Source: Thermodesulfobacteriota bacterium (GTDB lineage Bacteria; Desulfobacterota; Desulfobulbia; Desulfobulbales; SURF-16). From it: a stretch of DNA of 64,000 nt. This document shows positions 37,106-46,476 of the stretch, one piece after another (the stretch's first letter is position 1; every line of letters starts with the position of its first letter). Below the pieces are notes generated by a model. It was not told the origin of the DNA, ran no database searches, and saw only the letters and a list, made by a program, of their open reading frames with translations. The stretch lies in assembly GCA_049323935.1 (NCBI GenBank), contig JBMONN010000009.1, positions 11,216-75,215 of the forward strand, in the 5' to 3' direction. A program made the position numbers and the translations under genes.

Positions 37106-40100
37106 TCACTGACGGCCGGCGCCCCATTTGCCGTTTTTTCTGGCCGCCGTCTCCGGCTGTTTCTGGATAAAGTACAGCCCTTTGTAGCCCAGTACCCCAT
37201 CCACATCCCGGTTGAAATCACGACTGGGATTGATGGTCAGATCTGCGGGAAGATCGATGTCCGCCTCGCCCCGCTGATTGAAATGGAGGGTGAGTGACAC
37301 CGGGCAGGGGCCGTGATGGCGATACACCACCTTTTTCAGCTCTTCCAGCATCCGTCGGTTGACCCGATCGGAAAGGAGCATGATCCTCGCCCCGGTGGTG
37401 AATTTTTGCAGGGCTTCGGGCAGCGGATCGATGGTGTCGGCGAGAAGCTTCACCGCGCCGCCTTCTTCTTCTTCCTTTTGCAGGGTGCCCTGCACCACCA
37501 GCGGGGTATCGTCGGTCAGCAGGTGTCCGTATGCGGCGTATGCCTGGGGAAAGACGATAACCTCCACGGTGCTGGAGGTGTCCTCCAGGGTGATGAAGGC
37601 CATGGCATCACCCTTTTTGCTTTTCAGGTTTTTGCGGCTTTTGATCAAGCCGCCGATCCGCACCGTCGCCCCGTCGCTGCGCTGGCCCAGATCGGCGATT
37701 TCCGTATCGATCACCCGGCTCAGTTCCTCGCGGAAATCGTCGAGGGGATGGCCGGTTATGTAAAAGCCCACCGTCTCCTTTTCCGCGGCCAGCTTCTCCT
37801 TTTCCGTCCATTCCGGAATGTCGGGCAGAGGAATGGTCGTCGATTTTTCCCTGGTGGCGTTCGGCATGATGGAAAAGAGCGAGAGCTGACCGCTTTCCCG
37901 GTCCCGCTGCGCTGCCTGGGCCTGTTCCATGGCATGGTCGAGGATGGCGAAGAGCTGGGAGCGTCTTGCGCCAAGGGAGTCAAAGGCACCGGCCTTGATC
38001 AGGCTCTCGATGACCCGTCGGTTGACCTTGCGCGAGTCAACCCGGGCGCAGAAGTCGCCCAGCGATTTGTACGACCCCTCCTTGCCCCGTTCCTCCATGA
38101 TGGAGTCGAGCGCCGCGCCGCCGACGTTTTTCACCGCCGCCAAACCAAAGCGGATGCGGTCGTTGATGACGGTGAAATCCTGGTTGCTCTCGTTGATGTC
38201 CGGCGGCAGGACGTCGATTTCGTGTTCCTTGCATTCGTTGATGTATTTCACCACCTTGTCGGTGTTGCTGACGTCGCAGGAGAGCAGGGCCGCCATGAAC
38301 TGGGAAGGATAGTGGGCCTTGAGAAAGGCGGTCTGATAGGAGATCAGCGCGTAGGCGGCGCTGTGCGACTTGTTGAAGCCGTAGCCGGCGAATTTGGCCA
38401 TCAGATCGAAGATGTACTCCGCCTTGTCCAGCGGAATTCTGTTTTTCTCCGCCCCCTTCATGAACTTGCCGCGTTGCTCCTCCATCACCGCCGGGATCTT
38501 CTTGCCCATGGCACGGCGCAGGTTGTCGGCGTCGCCCAGCGAGTAGCCGGCCAGCACGTTGGCGATCTTCATGACCTGTTCCTGATAGACGATGACGCCG
38601 TAGGTCTCCTTGAGGATCGGTTCGAGCTGGGGCAGCGGGTAGGTGGCGACCATCTTGCCGTGCTTGGTGTTGACGAAATCATCGACCATGCCGCTTTCCA
38701 AGGGACCTGGCCGGTAGAGGGCGACGAGGGCAATGAGGTCGGTGAAGACCTCGGGTTTCATCTTCATGAGAAGCTGACGCATCCCCGAGCTCTCCAGCTG
38801 GAAGACGCCCAGAGCGTCACCCTTGCAGAGCAGATCGTAGGTTTTCGGGTCATCCATGGGAATGGCGCTGATATCAAGCGGCTCGCCCCGTTCCGCCTCG
38901 ATCAGTTTCAGTGCCCGATTGATGACGGTCAGCGTTTTGAGCCCGAGAAAATCGAACTTGATCAGTCCGGTCATCTCGGTGTACTTCATGTCGTACTGGG
39001 TCAGCACCTCGCCCTTGGGACCCTTGCAGACCGGTAGATACTCCACCATCGGCTCGGGCGAAATGACGACGCCGGCGGCGTGGGTGGAGGTATGGCGCTG
39101 CAGGCCCTCCAGCACCCTGGCGATGTCGATGAGCTGTTTCACCTGCTCGTCGCGCTGGTAGAGGTCTTTGAGACGCGGCTCCTCCTCCAGCGCCTTTTTG
39201 ATCGTCATTTTCAGCTCGTCCGGCACCAGTTTGGCGATGCGATCCACATCGCCGAACGGCATGCCGAGGGCCCGGCCGACATCGCGGATGACGCCCTTGG
39301 CCTTCATCGAGCCGTAGGTGACGATCTGGGCGACATGATCGTCGCCGCCGTATTTCTCGTGGACGTACCTGATTACCTCGCCGCGTCGTTCCTGACAGAA
39401 ATCCACGTCAAAATCGGGCATCGACTGGCGCTCGACGTTTAAAAATCGTTCGAAGATGAGCCCGTAGGGAATGGGGTCGATATCGGTGATGCGCATGCAG
39501 TAGGCGACGAGACTACCGGCGCCGGAGCCGCGGCCCGGGCCGACCGGGATATCGTGATTCTTGGCCCAGTTGATGAAGTCGGCGACGATGAGAAAATAAC
39601 CGGGAAACCCCATGGTCTTGATGACGTCGATCTCCATGTCGAGCCGTTTCCGGTAAGTTTTTTCAAGCTCAGGGCGCACCTCCTGCCGTTTCCGCAACTC
39701 CTGCATCCTTTCTTTGAAACCGGCGCGGGCGGTCTGCTCGAAGACCGAGTCGAGGGTCTCACCCTCCGGCACCGGAAAGATGGGAAAATAGTGGTTGCCG
39801 AAGGTGATTTCCAGATTGCAGCGGGCCGCGAGCCCCACGGTGTTGGCGATGGCCTCCGGACAGTCGGCGAAGTGGTCGCGCATCTCCTGCGGTGATTTGA
39901 AATAGAGCTGGTCGGTGCTGAACTTGAAGCGGCCGGCATCCATGATCGTTTTGCCGGTCTGGATGCAGAGCAGCAGCTCGTGGGCCTTGTGCTCCTCGCG
40001 GTTGAGGTAATGGCAGTCGTTGGTGGCGACGAGAGGAATGGCCAGTTCCCGGGAGAGCTGTTTCAGCCCCTGGTTGGCGATGCGCTGCTCCTCCATGCCG

Positions 40101-40654
40101 TTTTCCTGGATCTCAAGATAGAGGCGGTCGCCGAAGATCTCCTGGAGCTCTTTGGCCTTCTGTCGGGCCATCTCCATGTTTTTTTCAGTGGCGATCAGGT
40201 AAGGGATTTCACCATGCAGACAGGCAGTCATGGCGATCAGCCCGTCGCTGTGGGCCATCAGTATCTCCCGGTCGATGCGCGGCTTGTAGTGAAAACCCTG
40301 CAATTGGGCGATGGAGGCGAGTTTCATCAGATTCTTGTAGCCCCCGTGGTCCATGGCGAGCAGCATGATGTGATAGGCCGCCCGGCCCGCGCTTTTCGCG
40401 CTCTTGTCGTTGCGCGAGCCGGGAGCGATGTAGAACTCGCAGCCGATGATCGGCTTGATGCCCGCCTTTTTCGCCTTGACGTAAAACTCCAGCGCGCCAT
40501 ACATGGAGCCGTGGTCGGTGATGGCCACCGTGTCCATGCCGAACTCCCTGCATTTGTCAAGCAGGTCGTTGATGCGGATGGCGCCGTCCAGCAGGCTGTA
40601 CTGGGTGTGGACATGGAGATGAACGAAGTTGGCGGAACTGGTCTGGTCGGTCAT
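37106..40654 (-). CDS. dnaE: DNA polymerase III alpha subunit
   Basis: PHP domain FVHLHVHTQYSLLDGA, palm/fingers motifs (GPGRGSGAGSLVAYC..ITDIDP, FERFLN.ER..MPDFDVDF). 1182 aa. Confidence 0.97.
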   Translation of the reverse strand: MTDQTSSANFVHLHVHTQYSLLDGAIRINDLLDKCREFGMDTVAITDHGSMYGALEFYVKAKKAGIKPIIGCEFYIAPGSRNDKSAKSAGRAAYHIMLLAMDHGGYKNLMKLASIAQLQGFHYKPRIDREILMAHSDGLIAMTACLHGEIPYLIATEKNMEMARQKAKELQEIFGDRLYLEIQENGMEEQRIANQGLKQLSRELAIPLVATNDCHYLNREEHKAHELLLCIQTGKTIMDAGRFKFSTDQLYFKSPQEMRDHFADCPEAIANTVGLAARCNLEITFGNHYFPIFPVPEGETLDSVFEQTARAGFKERMQELRKRQEVRPELEKTYRKRLDMEIDVIKTMGFPGYFLIVADFINWAKNHDIPVGPGRGSGAGSLVAYCMRITDIDPIPYGLIFERFLNVERQSMPDFDVDFCQERRGEVIRYVHEKYGGDDHVAQIVTYGSMKAKGVIRDVGRALGMPFGDVDRIAKLVPDELKMTIKKALEEEPRLKDLYQRDEQVKQLIDIARVLEGLQRHTSTHAAGVVISPEPMVEYLPVCKGPKGEVLTQYDMKYTEMTGLIKFDFLGLKTLTVINRALKLIEAERGEPLDISAIPMDDPKTYDLLCKGDALGVFQLESSGMRQLLMKMKPEVFTDLIALVALYRPGPLESGMVDDFVNTKHGKMVATYPLPQLEPILKETYGVIVYQEQVMKIANVLAGYSLGDADNLRRAMGKKIPAVMEEQRGKFMKGAEKNRIPLDKAEYIFDLMAKFAGYGFNKSHSAAYALISYQTAFLKAHYPSQFMAALLSCDVSNTDKVVKYINECKEHEIDVLPPDINESNQDFTVINDRIRFGLAAVKNVGGAALDSIMEERGKEGSYKSLGDFCARVDSRKVNRRVIESLIKAGAFDSLGARRSQLFAILDHAMEQAQAAQRDRESGQLSLFSIMPNATREKSTTIPLPDIPEWTEKEKLAAEKETVGFYITGHPLDDFREELSRVIDTEIADLGQRSDGATVRIGGLIKSRKNLKSKKGDAMAFITLEDTSSTVEVIVFPQAYAAYGHLLTDDTPLVVQGTLQKEEEEGGAVKLLADTIDPLPEALQKFTTGARIMLLSDRVNRRMLEELKKVVYRHHGPCPVSLTLHFNQRGEADIDLPADLTINPSRDFNRDVDGVLGYKGLYFIQKQPETAARKNGKWGAGRQ

Positions 40655-40661
40655 GGTGGTT

Positions 40662-40697
40662 TGACTGGTCTGATTGGTCTGGTTGGTCTGATTGGTC
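40662..40697. repeat. Four tandem 9-mers (TGAYTGGTC on +, GACCARTCA on -) directly upstream of the dnaE start
   Basis: TGACTGGTC TGATTGGTC TGGTTGGTC TGATTGGTC. Fills the 41-nt gap between the isomerase stop and the dnaE ATG. TGGTC pentamers continue into the first dnaE codons. Confidence 0.8.
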
Positions 40698-41478
40698 AGA
40701 CCAGTTTTGCCAAGGCTGCGAAACTTGCCTCGACTCCCCCTTCGTGGTGCGGTTCCATGGTGAGAAGGGGGGAGAGGTGACGTTGTTTCATATAATCGAA
40801 AAGTCCCCTGAAATCAAAGATGCCTTGGCCGATGGCCAGATGGGCGTCATGGCCGCCGTGGTTGTCGTGGAGATGGAGCTGGCCGAGCCAGGGCTCCAGT
40901 TCGGGCAACCAGTCCTGCCAGCGATTTTTGGCAAAGGCCAGGACATGGCCGACATCGAAACAGAAGCGGGCATAAGGCGAGGCAAGCGCGGCGAGTATTT
41001 TTTTGTGCTGGCCCGGGCCTGTTTCGTAAGTGTTTTCGAGCATCAAGGGGGTGTCGTGAGCGGCGGCAAGGTCGAGCAATTCCCGCCATCCATCGAGGGC
41101 GTAACGGAACCACTCTTTTTCCTTGTAACCATGCTTGTTCTCCTCAAAACCAAGGTGGCAGACAATGGAACGTGGCTGAAAGAGCGGGATCAGCGCAAAA
41201 GCCCGGCGCATCTTGTCGCGGCTCACTTGGCGGATATGCGGGTCAAGGGCACCGATCGACAGCTCGAAAAACGGGGCATGCAGGGTGCAGGAGAGGCCGG
41301 CCGTGAGCAGGCGGTCCGCCACCCGTTTGAATTCGTCAAGGCTGCGGCGGTAGAGCGCTTCGCCCTCCAGGCCGATTTCCGGCTGAATGCCCTCAGCGAC
41401 AAAGCGGTCCAAATTCTGTTCGAGATAACTGAAGGGGGCGTTGACGAAACAGCGCGCCTTGAGCTGACGGGAGGTCAT
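40696..41478 (-). CDS. Sugar phosphate isomerase/epimerase (xylose-isomerase-like TIM barrel)
   Basis: LHAPF, LMLENT, FCFDVGH and LHLHDN metal-ligand-type motifs of the AP-endonuclease-2/TIM-barrel family. Confidence 0.7.
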   Translation of the reverse strand: MTSRQLKARCFVNAPFSYLEQNLDRFVAEGIQPEIGLEGEALYRRSLDEFKRVADRLLTAGLSCTLHAPFFELSIGALDPHIRQVSRDKMRRAFALIPLFQPRSIVCHLGFEENKHGYKEKEWFRYALDGWRELLDLAAAHDTPLMLENTYETGPGQHKKILAALASPYARFCFDVGHVLAFAKNRWQDWLPELEPWLGQLHLHDNHGGHDAHLAIGQGIFDFRGLFDYMKQRHLSPLLTMEPHHEGGVEASFAALAKLV

Positions 41479-41651
41479 GATTCCTCGTCCAGCGGTTTGG
41501 CCTCGTCGATCAGCATGATCGGGATGTCGTCCCTGATCTCGTAGACCAGCTTGCAGGTCCGGCAGATCAGGCCGTTTCTGGTGTCATTGAGTTCCACCGG
41601 GCCCTTGCATTTCGGGCAGGCGAGGATGTCGAGCAGTTCCTTGGTCAGCAT
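41475..41651 (-). CDS. Trm112/YcaR-family small zinc-ribbon protein
   Basis: LLDILACPKCKGPL-type N-terminus, LICRTCKLVYEIRDDIPIMLIDEA. 58 aa from ATG 41651. 4-nt overlap with the next gene. Confidence 0.85.
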   Translation of the reverse strand: MLTKELLDILACPKCKGPVELNDTRNGLICRTCKLVYEIRDDIPIMLIDEAKPLDEES

Positions 41652-41831
41652 GGTGTTTTCCTGAAAAGTGATGGTGAGAAGACAGGGTGGGACGGACGAG
41701 CGCGCGGTCCTTCCGACCACCTCTTACTTTAACGACCTGGATTTTTCTTGCAAGGCCTAAAATCAGGAGCTCATGTCCGATCCTCTAGGAGGAAGACAGG
41801 TATTTTGCCGCTGCGGTCAGGCGACTATGTC

Positions 41832-41860
41832 TTGCTTAAATTTGCCGGGAAGAGTAAATT
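41832..41860 (+). promoter_or_regulatory. Putative sigma-70 promoter for msbA
   Basis: TTGCTT, 17 nt, TAAATT, about 90 nt upstream of ATG 41952. Confidence 0.3.
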
Positions 41861-41951
41861 TCTCTATTTGTTCTCCGGTGGGGTCATCCGATCGGCAGGG
41901 CCGCAGAGCAGGCAGCGTCATGCCTGATCGTTCTTTGTTTGGCAGGAGCCA

Positions 41952-43724
41952 ATGGCAACCTTCTCCCTCGTCACTCTTTTTGACCAAAAAATCGTCCGAA
42001 TGGTTCGGCCTTACTCCGGCCGGGTCCTGCTTGCCCTGCTCTTCAGTGTTATCTCCTCCGGGGCGAGTGGCGCCATTGCCTGGCTGCTGAAACCTGTCAT
42101 CGACTCCATCTTTGTCGAAAACAAGTTTTCGATGCTGGTCTGGCTGCCGGTCGTCATCCTCCTGCTCTATGCGGTGCGCGGCAGTTGTGAAATGGTCTAC
42201 AGCTACCTGATGCGCTCCTCGGGAATCAAGCTGGTGCGGGATCTGCGCATCCGCCTTTACGAACACCTGCTCCATCTGCCCCTCTCTTCGCTCGGCAAGG
42301 AATCCTCCGGCAAGATGATCTCCCGCATCCTGACCGACACCACCCTGGTGCAGGGACTGGTCGGTGATACCCTGCTTACCGTGTTCAAGGAGATTCCCAC
42401 CATCATCGTACTGCTCGGAGTGGCCTTTTACCGGCGTTGGGACATTACCCTGCTTGCCCTCATCGGCATGCCGCTGGTGATCGGCGCGGCCAATAAGGTG
42501 GCCCGCATCGTCAAGATGAAACGGACCCAGGCCCAGCAGACAGTAGCGACCCTGACTCATTTTATTAGTGAAGCGGCCGTTGGCGCCAAGGTGGTGAAAA
42601 TTTTTGTCAACGAGGAAGGGCAGGCCTCCCGTTTCCGGAAAACCAGCCATTCCAACTACAGCCAGGAGACGAAGATCGTCCGCTACAAGGAACTGGCCAA
42701 GTTCATCGTTGATATCTCCACCGGCGTCGGCGTGGCCATCGTCATCTGGTATGGCGGCAATCTGGTGGTCAATGGGGTGATCACCAGCGGTGATCTTTTT
42801 TCCTCCCTCGGCGCGGTGGTGATGATCTTTAATCCGGTCAAGCAGGTGGGCCGTTCCTATGCGATTTTTCATGAAATCATGGGCGCCACCGATCGCATCT
42901 GGTGGCTGGAGAGAATGGAGAAAGAGCAAAGCGGTGACATCCCGTTGCCCTCGTTTACGCGGGAGATCCGTTATGTGAACGTTTCCCATCGATACGGCGA
43001 CAAGGGAGATCTGGTGCTCGACGCCATCGATCTGACGATCGGCAAGGGGGAGGTGGTGGCCATTGTCGGGCCGAGCGGGGCGGGCAAGACGACCTTCATT
43101 GATCTCCTGCCCCGCTATTACGACCCGGCCGTCGGCCGCATCGAGATCGACGGCCATGACCTGCGCGCGGTGAAACTGCCGGATCTGCGCAGACTGATCG
43201 GGCTTGTCAGTCAGGATATCGTCCTCTTCAACGCGACGATCCGGGAAAATATCGCCTTCGGTGCACCCTCCGCAACGGACAGCGAGGTGGAACAGGCGGC
43301 TGGTCTGGCCTTTGCCCATGATTTTATTTGCGAGTTCCCGGATGGCTACGAGACCATGCTCGGCGAGCGGGGCCTCAACCTCTCCGGCGGCCAGCGGCAA
43401 CGTATTGCCATTGCCCGGGCCATCCTGAAAAACCCGCCGATCCTCATCCTCGATGAGGCGACCTCGGCCCTTGATGCCGTGTCCGAGGGGCTGGTGCAGG
43501 CGGCCCTGGAACGGCTGATGCATGACCGCACCACCATTGTTGTTGCCCATCGGCTCTCCACCATCCGCAAGGCGGACCGCATCCTCGTCATGGAGCGCGG
43601 CCGTATTGTCGCCCAGGGTAGCCATGATGACCTGCTGGCGACATCGGATATGTATAAGGAACTTTATCTCACTTACAGCGAGAAGGGAAGCGAGCAGTCA
43701 ACGACCCTCTCCGACCCGGCATGA
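41952..43724 (+). CDS. msbA: Lipid A export ABC transporter (permease + ATPase), MsbA-like
   Basis: Six-TM domain followed by GPSGAGKTT, LSGGQRQRIAIARA and ILILDEATSALD. LPS-gene neighbourhood. Confidence 0.85.
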   Translation: MATFSLVTLFDQKIVRMVRPYSGRVLLALLFSVISSGASGAIAWLLKPVIDSIFVENKFSMLVWLPVVILLLYAVRGSCEMVYSYLMRSSGIKLVRDLRIRLYEHLLHLPLSSLGKESSGKMISRILTDTTLVQGLVGDTLLTVFKEIPTIIVLLGVAFYRRWDITLLALIGMPLVIGAANKVARIVKMKRTQAQQTVATLTHFISEAAVGAKVVKIFVNEEGQASRFRKTSHSNYSQETKIVRYKELAKFIVDISTGVGVAIVIWYGGNLVVNGVITSGDLFSSLGAVVMIFNPVKQVGRSYAIFHEIMGATDRIWWLERMEKEQSGDIPLPSFTREIRYVNVSHRYGDKGDLVLDAIDLTIGKGEVVAIVGPSGAGKTTFIDLLPRYYDPAVGRIEIDGHDLRAVKLPDLRRLIGLVSQDIVLFNATIRENIAFGAPSATDSEVEQAAGLAFAHDFICEFPDGYETMLGERGLNLSGGQRQRIAIARAILKNPPILILDEATSALDAVSEGLVQAALERLMHDRTTIVVAHRLSTIRKADRILVMERGRIVAQGSHDDLLATSDMYKELYLTYSEKGSEQSTTLSDPA

Positions 43725-43776
43725 AGGCGGCCCGCCCCTCGTCATCCAGGGCGGCCGACGCAACGGGAAGGGCGAT

Positions 43777-45357
43777 ATGAAAGATTTTCCGGCGGGAAAA
43801 AAGACGATTATCATACCCGGCCTGATCGTCGTGGTCGGCTTTCTCCTGCGGCTCTACGCTTTTTTCCACAGCCATGCCGTCAATGCGGACGGCATGCTCT
43901 ACATCCAGCAGGCCAAGGCCTTTCATTACGGCCTCTATGACTCACTGACCCAGTGCTATGGCTACCTTCATTCCTATTTTGTTTTGATCTCTCTTGCTTA
44001 CCCCCTTTTTGACGACTGGGTAATGGCGGCCAAGGCGGTCTCTCTTGGCTTTGCCACCCTGACCATGGTACCGCTTTATCTGTTGCTGCGAAGATTTCTC
44101 GCCTTTCCCATCGCTGCCGTCACCCTGCTCGTCTTTGCGGTGAATCCCGCCCTGATCGAGATGAGCGTGAAAATCATCCGCGATCCTTGTTTCTGGTTTT
44201 TCCTGACCACCGGCCTTTCGCTGTTCGTCCTCCATGACCGTGGAAAAGACGGCCTCCTTCTCGCCCTTTCCAGTCTGTCGTTTCTCCTCGCTGCCCTGGC
44301 GCGATTCGAGGCCGTGGTCTTTATCGGCGTCAGTCTGCTTTTTCTGGTGTTTACCAGGCAGGACGACAGGTGGCGGAAAATAAGCTGGTTCTGTCTGCCC
44401 CTGGCCGGGGTGATCCTGCTGACCCTGCTGACGTTGCCGGTGCTGGAGCATGATCTCCGGCAATGGATCTATCCCCGTTCGGTGCTCGCCCCCTTTTTTC
44501 AGCTGGCGGAACGATATGGGCGAATCCGCCTCAGTCTGGAGGCCATCGGGGTTCGCGAAAGTGATCCCTTCTGGCAACGTCATTTTTTTCCGACGGTCGG
44601 CAATCTCATGTGGTGGCTCGGTTTGGGCTCGGTGCTGGTTACAATTGTCCGCACCTTTTTTGAGCCGTTTTTTCTCTTCTTTCTTTTCGGACTGAAAGGC
44701 GTCCGGCCGCGCATCGCCGCGGACAGGATGCTTGGCTATCTCCTGCTGCTTGGCGCCTGCACCTTCGCCGTGCTCTTTCTCCACGAGCTGGGGAACTGGA
44801 CCATGCGCGGACGCTTTGTCGTCTTTTTTGTCATTCCCACCTTTGTTGTTATCGGTTTTGGCGTAGAGAACCTGTTCTCGTGTTTTGGGCCATTAACGGA
44901 AAAAGGTCGTCGCCTTTTCTTTCTGCTGCTCGGCCTGGTGATCTTTGTTGTTCCCCTGGCGAAAAATCTCAATGAAAACCGGCAGGCGGCCAGGATTTTT
45001 GAGGAAATCGGCGTTTCCATCGCCCGTGCCGAGAAGGGCGGCCGTGAGGTGATGGTGGCCGGCGCCCTCGCTTCTGACGAGTTGCAGCTTGTCGCCTTTT
45101 TTGCCAATTTGCCGGCTCGGACCGCCTCGTGCGCCCATGAACTCGCGCGTAAAATTGATCCCCGCCAGATTGGGGCCGACCGCCGTTGGCAGGAAGGTGT
45201 CCGTTATCTGCTTTGGGATGAGAAAAACTGGAGCAGCGAGGAGCTGGCGGGTTTGCGCCGGGGAGAAGAGTTTTCCTGCTCGGAGATCGGGCAATGGCGG
45301 GACAAACGACTCGGAGAGATCGTGCTTTTTCGAATCAATGACAAAAAAATGTTCTGA
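43777..45357 (+). CDS. Glycosyltransferase family 39 (ArnT/PMT-like) membrane protein
   Basis: Multi-TM protein with an early N-terminal loop (NADGMLYIQQAKAF) and about 10 further TM segments, typical of lipid-linked-sugar transferases. ATG 43777 follows the msbA stop. Confidence 0.65.
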   Translation: MKDFPAGKKTIIIPGLIVVVGFLLRLYAFFHSHAVNADGMLYIQQAKAFHYGLYDSLTQCYGYLHSYFVLISLAYPLFDDWVMAAKAVSLGFATLTMVPLYLLLRRFLAFPIAAVTLLVFAVNPALIEMSVKIIRDPCFWFFLTTGLSLFVLHDRGKDGLLLALSSLSFLLAALARFEAVVFIGVSLLFLVFTRQDDRWRKISWFCLPLAGVILLTLLTLPVLEHDLRQWIYPRSVLAPFFQLAERYGRIRLSLEAIGVRESDPFWQRHFFPTVGNLMWWLGLGSVLVTIVRTFFEPFFLFFLFGLKGVRPRIAADRMLGYLLLLGACTFAVLFLHELGNWTMRGRFVVFFVIPTFVVIGFGVENLFSCFGPLTEKGRRLFFLLLGLVIFVVPLAKNLNENRQAARIFEEIGVSIARAEKGGREVMVAGALASDELQLVAFFANLPARTASCAHELARKIDPRQIGADRRWQEGVRYLLWDEKNWSSEELAGLRRGEEFSCSEIGQWRDKRLGEIVLFRINDKKMF

Positions 45358-45363
45358 TTTTCG

Positions 45364-45413
45364 TTGACGAAATCGCAAAAAGTTTTTTTGCTCACAGAGA
45401 GCCCAGAGAAAAC
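45364..45413. repeat. CACAGAG element, partial copy 3 (reverse orientation)
   Basis: GTTGACGAAATCGCAAAAAGTTTTTTTGCTCACAGAGAGCCCAGAGAAAAC matches the reverse complement of the right end of copy 2. Confidence 0.6.
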
Positions 45414-45445
45414 TTTTATAAATTACGAATAATTATCTCTTGATG

Positions 45446-45592
45446 GTCTCGCAAAAAGTCAATTTCGGGGATGGCTAAGCTGAAATCGTCAAATGCGAGG
45501 CGCGCACATTTCGAGGAATGAGGCGTACTTGGGTACGCCGCAGTGACGAGATAATGTGCAGCAACGAAGCAGTTGGCGACTTTTTGCGACGC
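45446..45592. repeat. TIR-bounded palindromic element, copy A
   Basis: Ends GTCTCGCAAAAAGTC / GACTTTTTGCGACGC. Internal inverted pairs GCACATT/AATGTGC. Central GGCGTAC-ttgg-GTACGCC hairpin. Confidence 0.6.
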
Positions 45593-45596
45593 CATC

Positions 45597-46457
45597 TTAT
45601 TTCTCTGTTCTGCTCAGGCCCCTGTCATGGTAGCGGATGGCGAGGCTGTCCAGATAGGCGTTGATATCCGGATTGGCGAAGATTTGTTGCTGGACCGTTG
45701 GCGAGAGAAATTCCTTCCAGCGCATATCGAAATAGTTGGTCTCCTTTTTCTGGCCAATCCACTGGTATTCGATTTTCTGGGTGCCGTGATGCTCAAAATT
45801 CCAGTACTCGATCTGGCCTGGCTCAAAAGTCAGCCCCATCGCCTCGGTCAGGCGTTGCAGCTCGCTGCTGGTGTTGTGGGCGAGATCGAAATAGGTCACC
45901 AGTTCGTATTCCAGTCTGTTTTCCCGTAAAAAATCGGTGATATCGACATTCTGTTTGAGCCAACGGTAGGCGTAGACCTCGGTGTCGGACTTGAAGAGGA
46001 AGCGGGGGGCGTATGCCAGAAAATCCCGGATCATCTGCTTGCGGATCCGCAAGCGATCCCCCGCGGTCCGGTAACGGAGTATCATCCGCCGCACATAGGG
46101 CCGCGGGTCGCGGATCAGGTGGATAAAGCGGTAGGTGTAGCGCGGGTTGTCAAGAAAACGTTCGGCCCAGAAGGGTTTTTTCGAGGTGTCGATCAGGGTG
46201 GTGATGGCCGGATCGATATTAGAGAAGATAACGTCGTAGATCTCGTTGATCTGCTGGTGGCAAAAGCCCTTCAGCATCGGATTTGTTCGGTCGTTGTTGA
46301 GAGGGGAATGCAGCGTTTCGGCATTGTCCTGCTCCTGTTTGCGCAGCCTTTTGACCTCGCCGATATGCAGGGCCCGGCTGTTGCTGCCGAGCATCAGGGA
46401 AAGATAATGGGAGCCGGCGTAACTGGTGGAAAGAATAAAAACGATGGTTTTTTTCAT
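45597..46457 (-). CDS. Sulfotransferase family protein
   Basis: N-terminal PAPS 5'-phosphate-binding-type loop (FILSTSYAGSHYLSLML) and HLIRDPR (3'-phosphate-binding-type) motif. Last gene of the LPS-core operon. Confidence 0.65.
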   Translation of the reverse strand: MKKTIVFILSTSYAGSHYLSLMLGSNSRALHIGEVKRLRKQEQDNAETLHSPLNNDRTNPMLKGFCHQQINEIYDVIFSNIDPAITTLIDTSKKPFWAERFLDNPRYTYRFIHLIRDPRPYVRRMILRYRTAGDRLRIRKQMIRDFLAYAPRFLFKSDTEVYAYRWLKQNVDITDFLRENRLEYELVTYFDLAHNTSSELQRLTEAMGLTFEPGQIEYWNFEHHGTQKIEYQWIGQKKETNYFDMRWKEFLSPTVQQQIFANPDINAYLDSLAIRYHDRGLSRTEK

Positions 46458-46476
46458 CGGCCCGGCCTGCTCGTGG

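Noticed and set aside
37313-39037. 574-aa plus-strand ORF (and 39980..40780) inside dnaE
   Set aside because: Antisense to a 1182-aa DnaE with complete PHP and polymerase motifs.
41817-43625. 602-aa minus-strand ORF opposite msbA
   Set aside because: Antisense to an ABC transporter with Walker A, signature and Walker B motifs.
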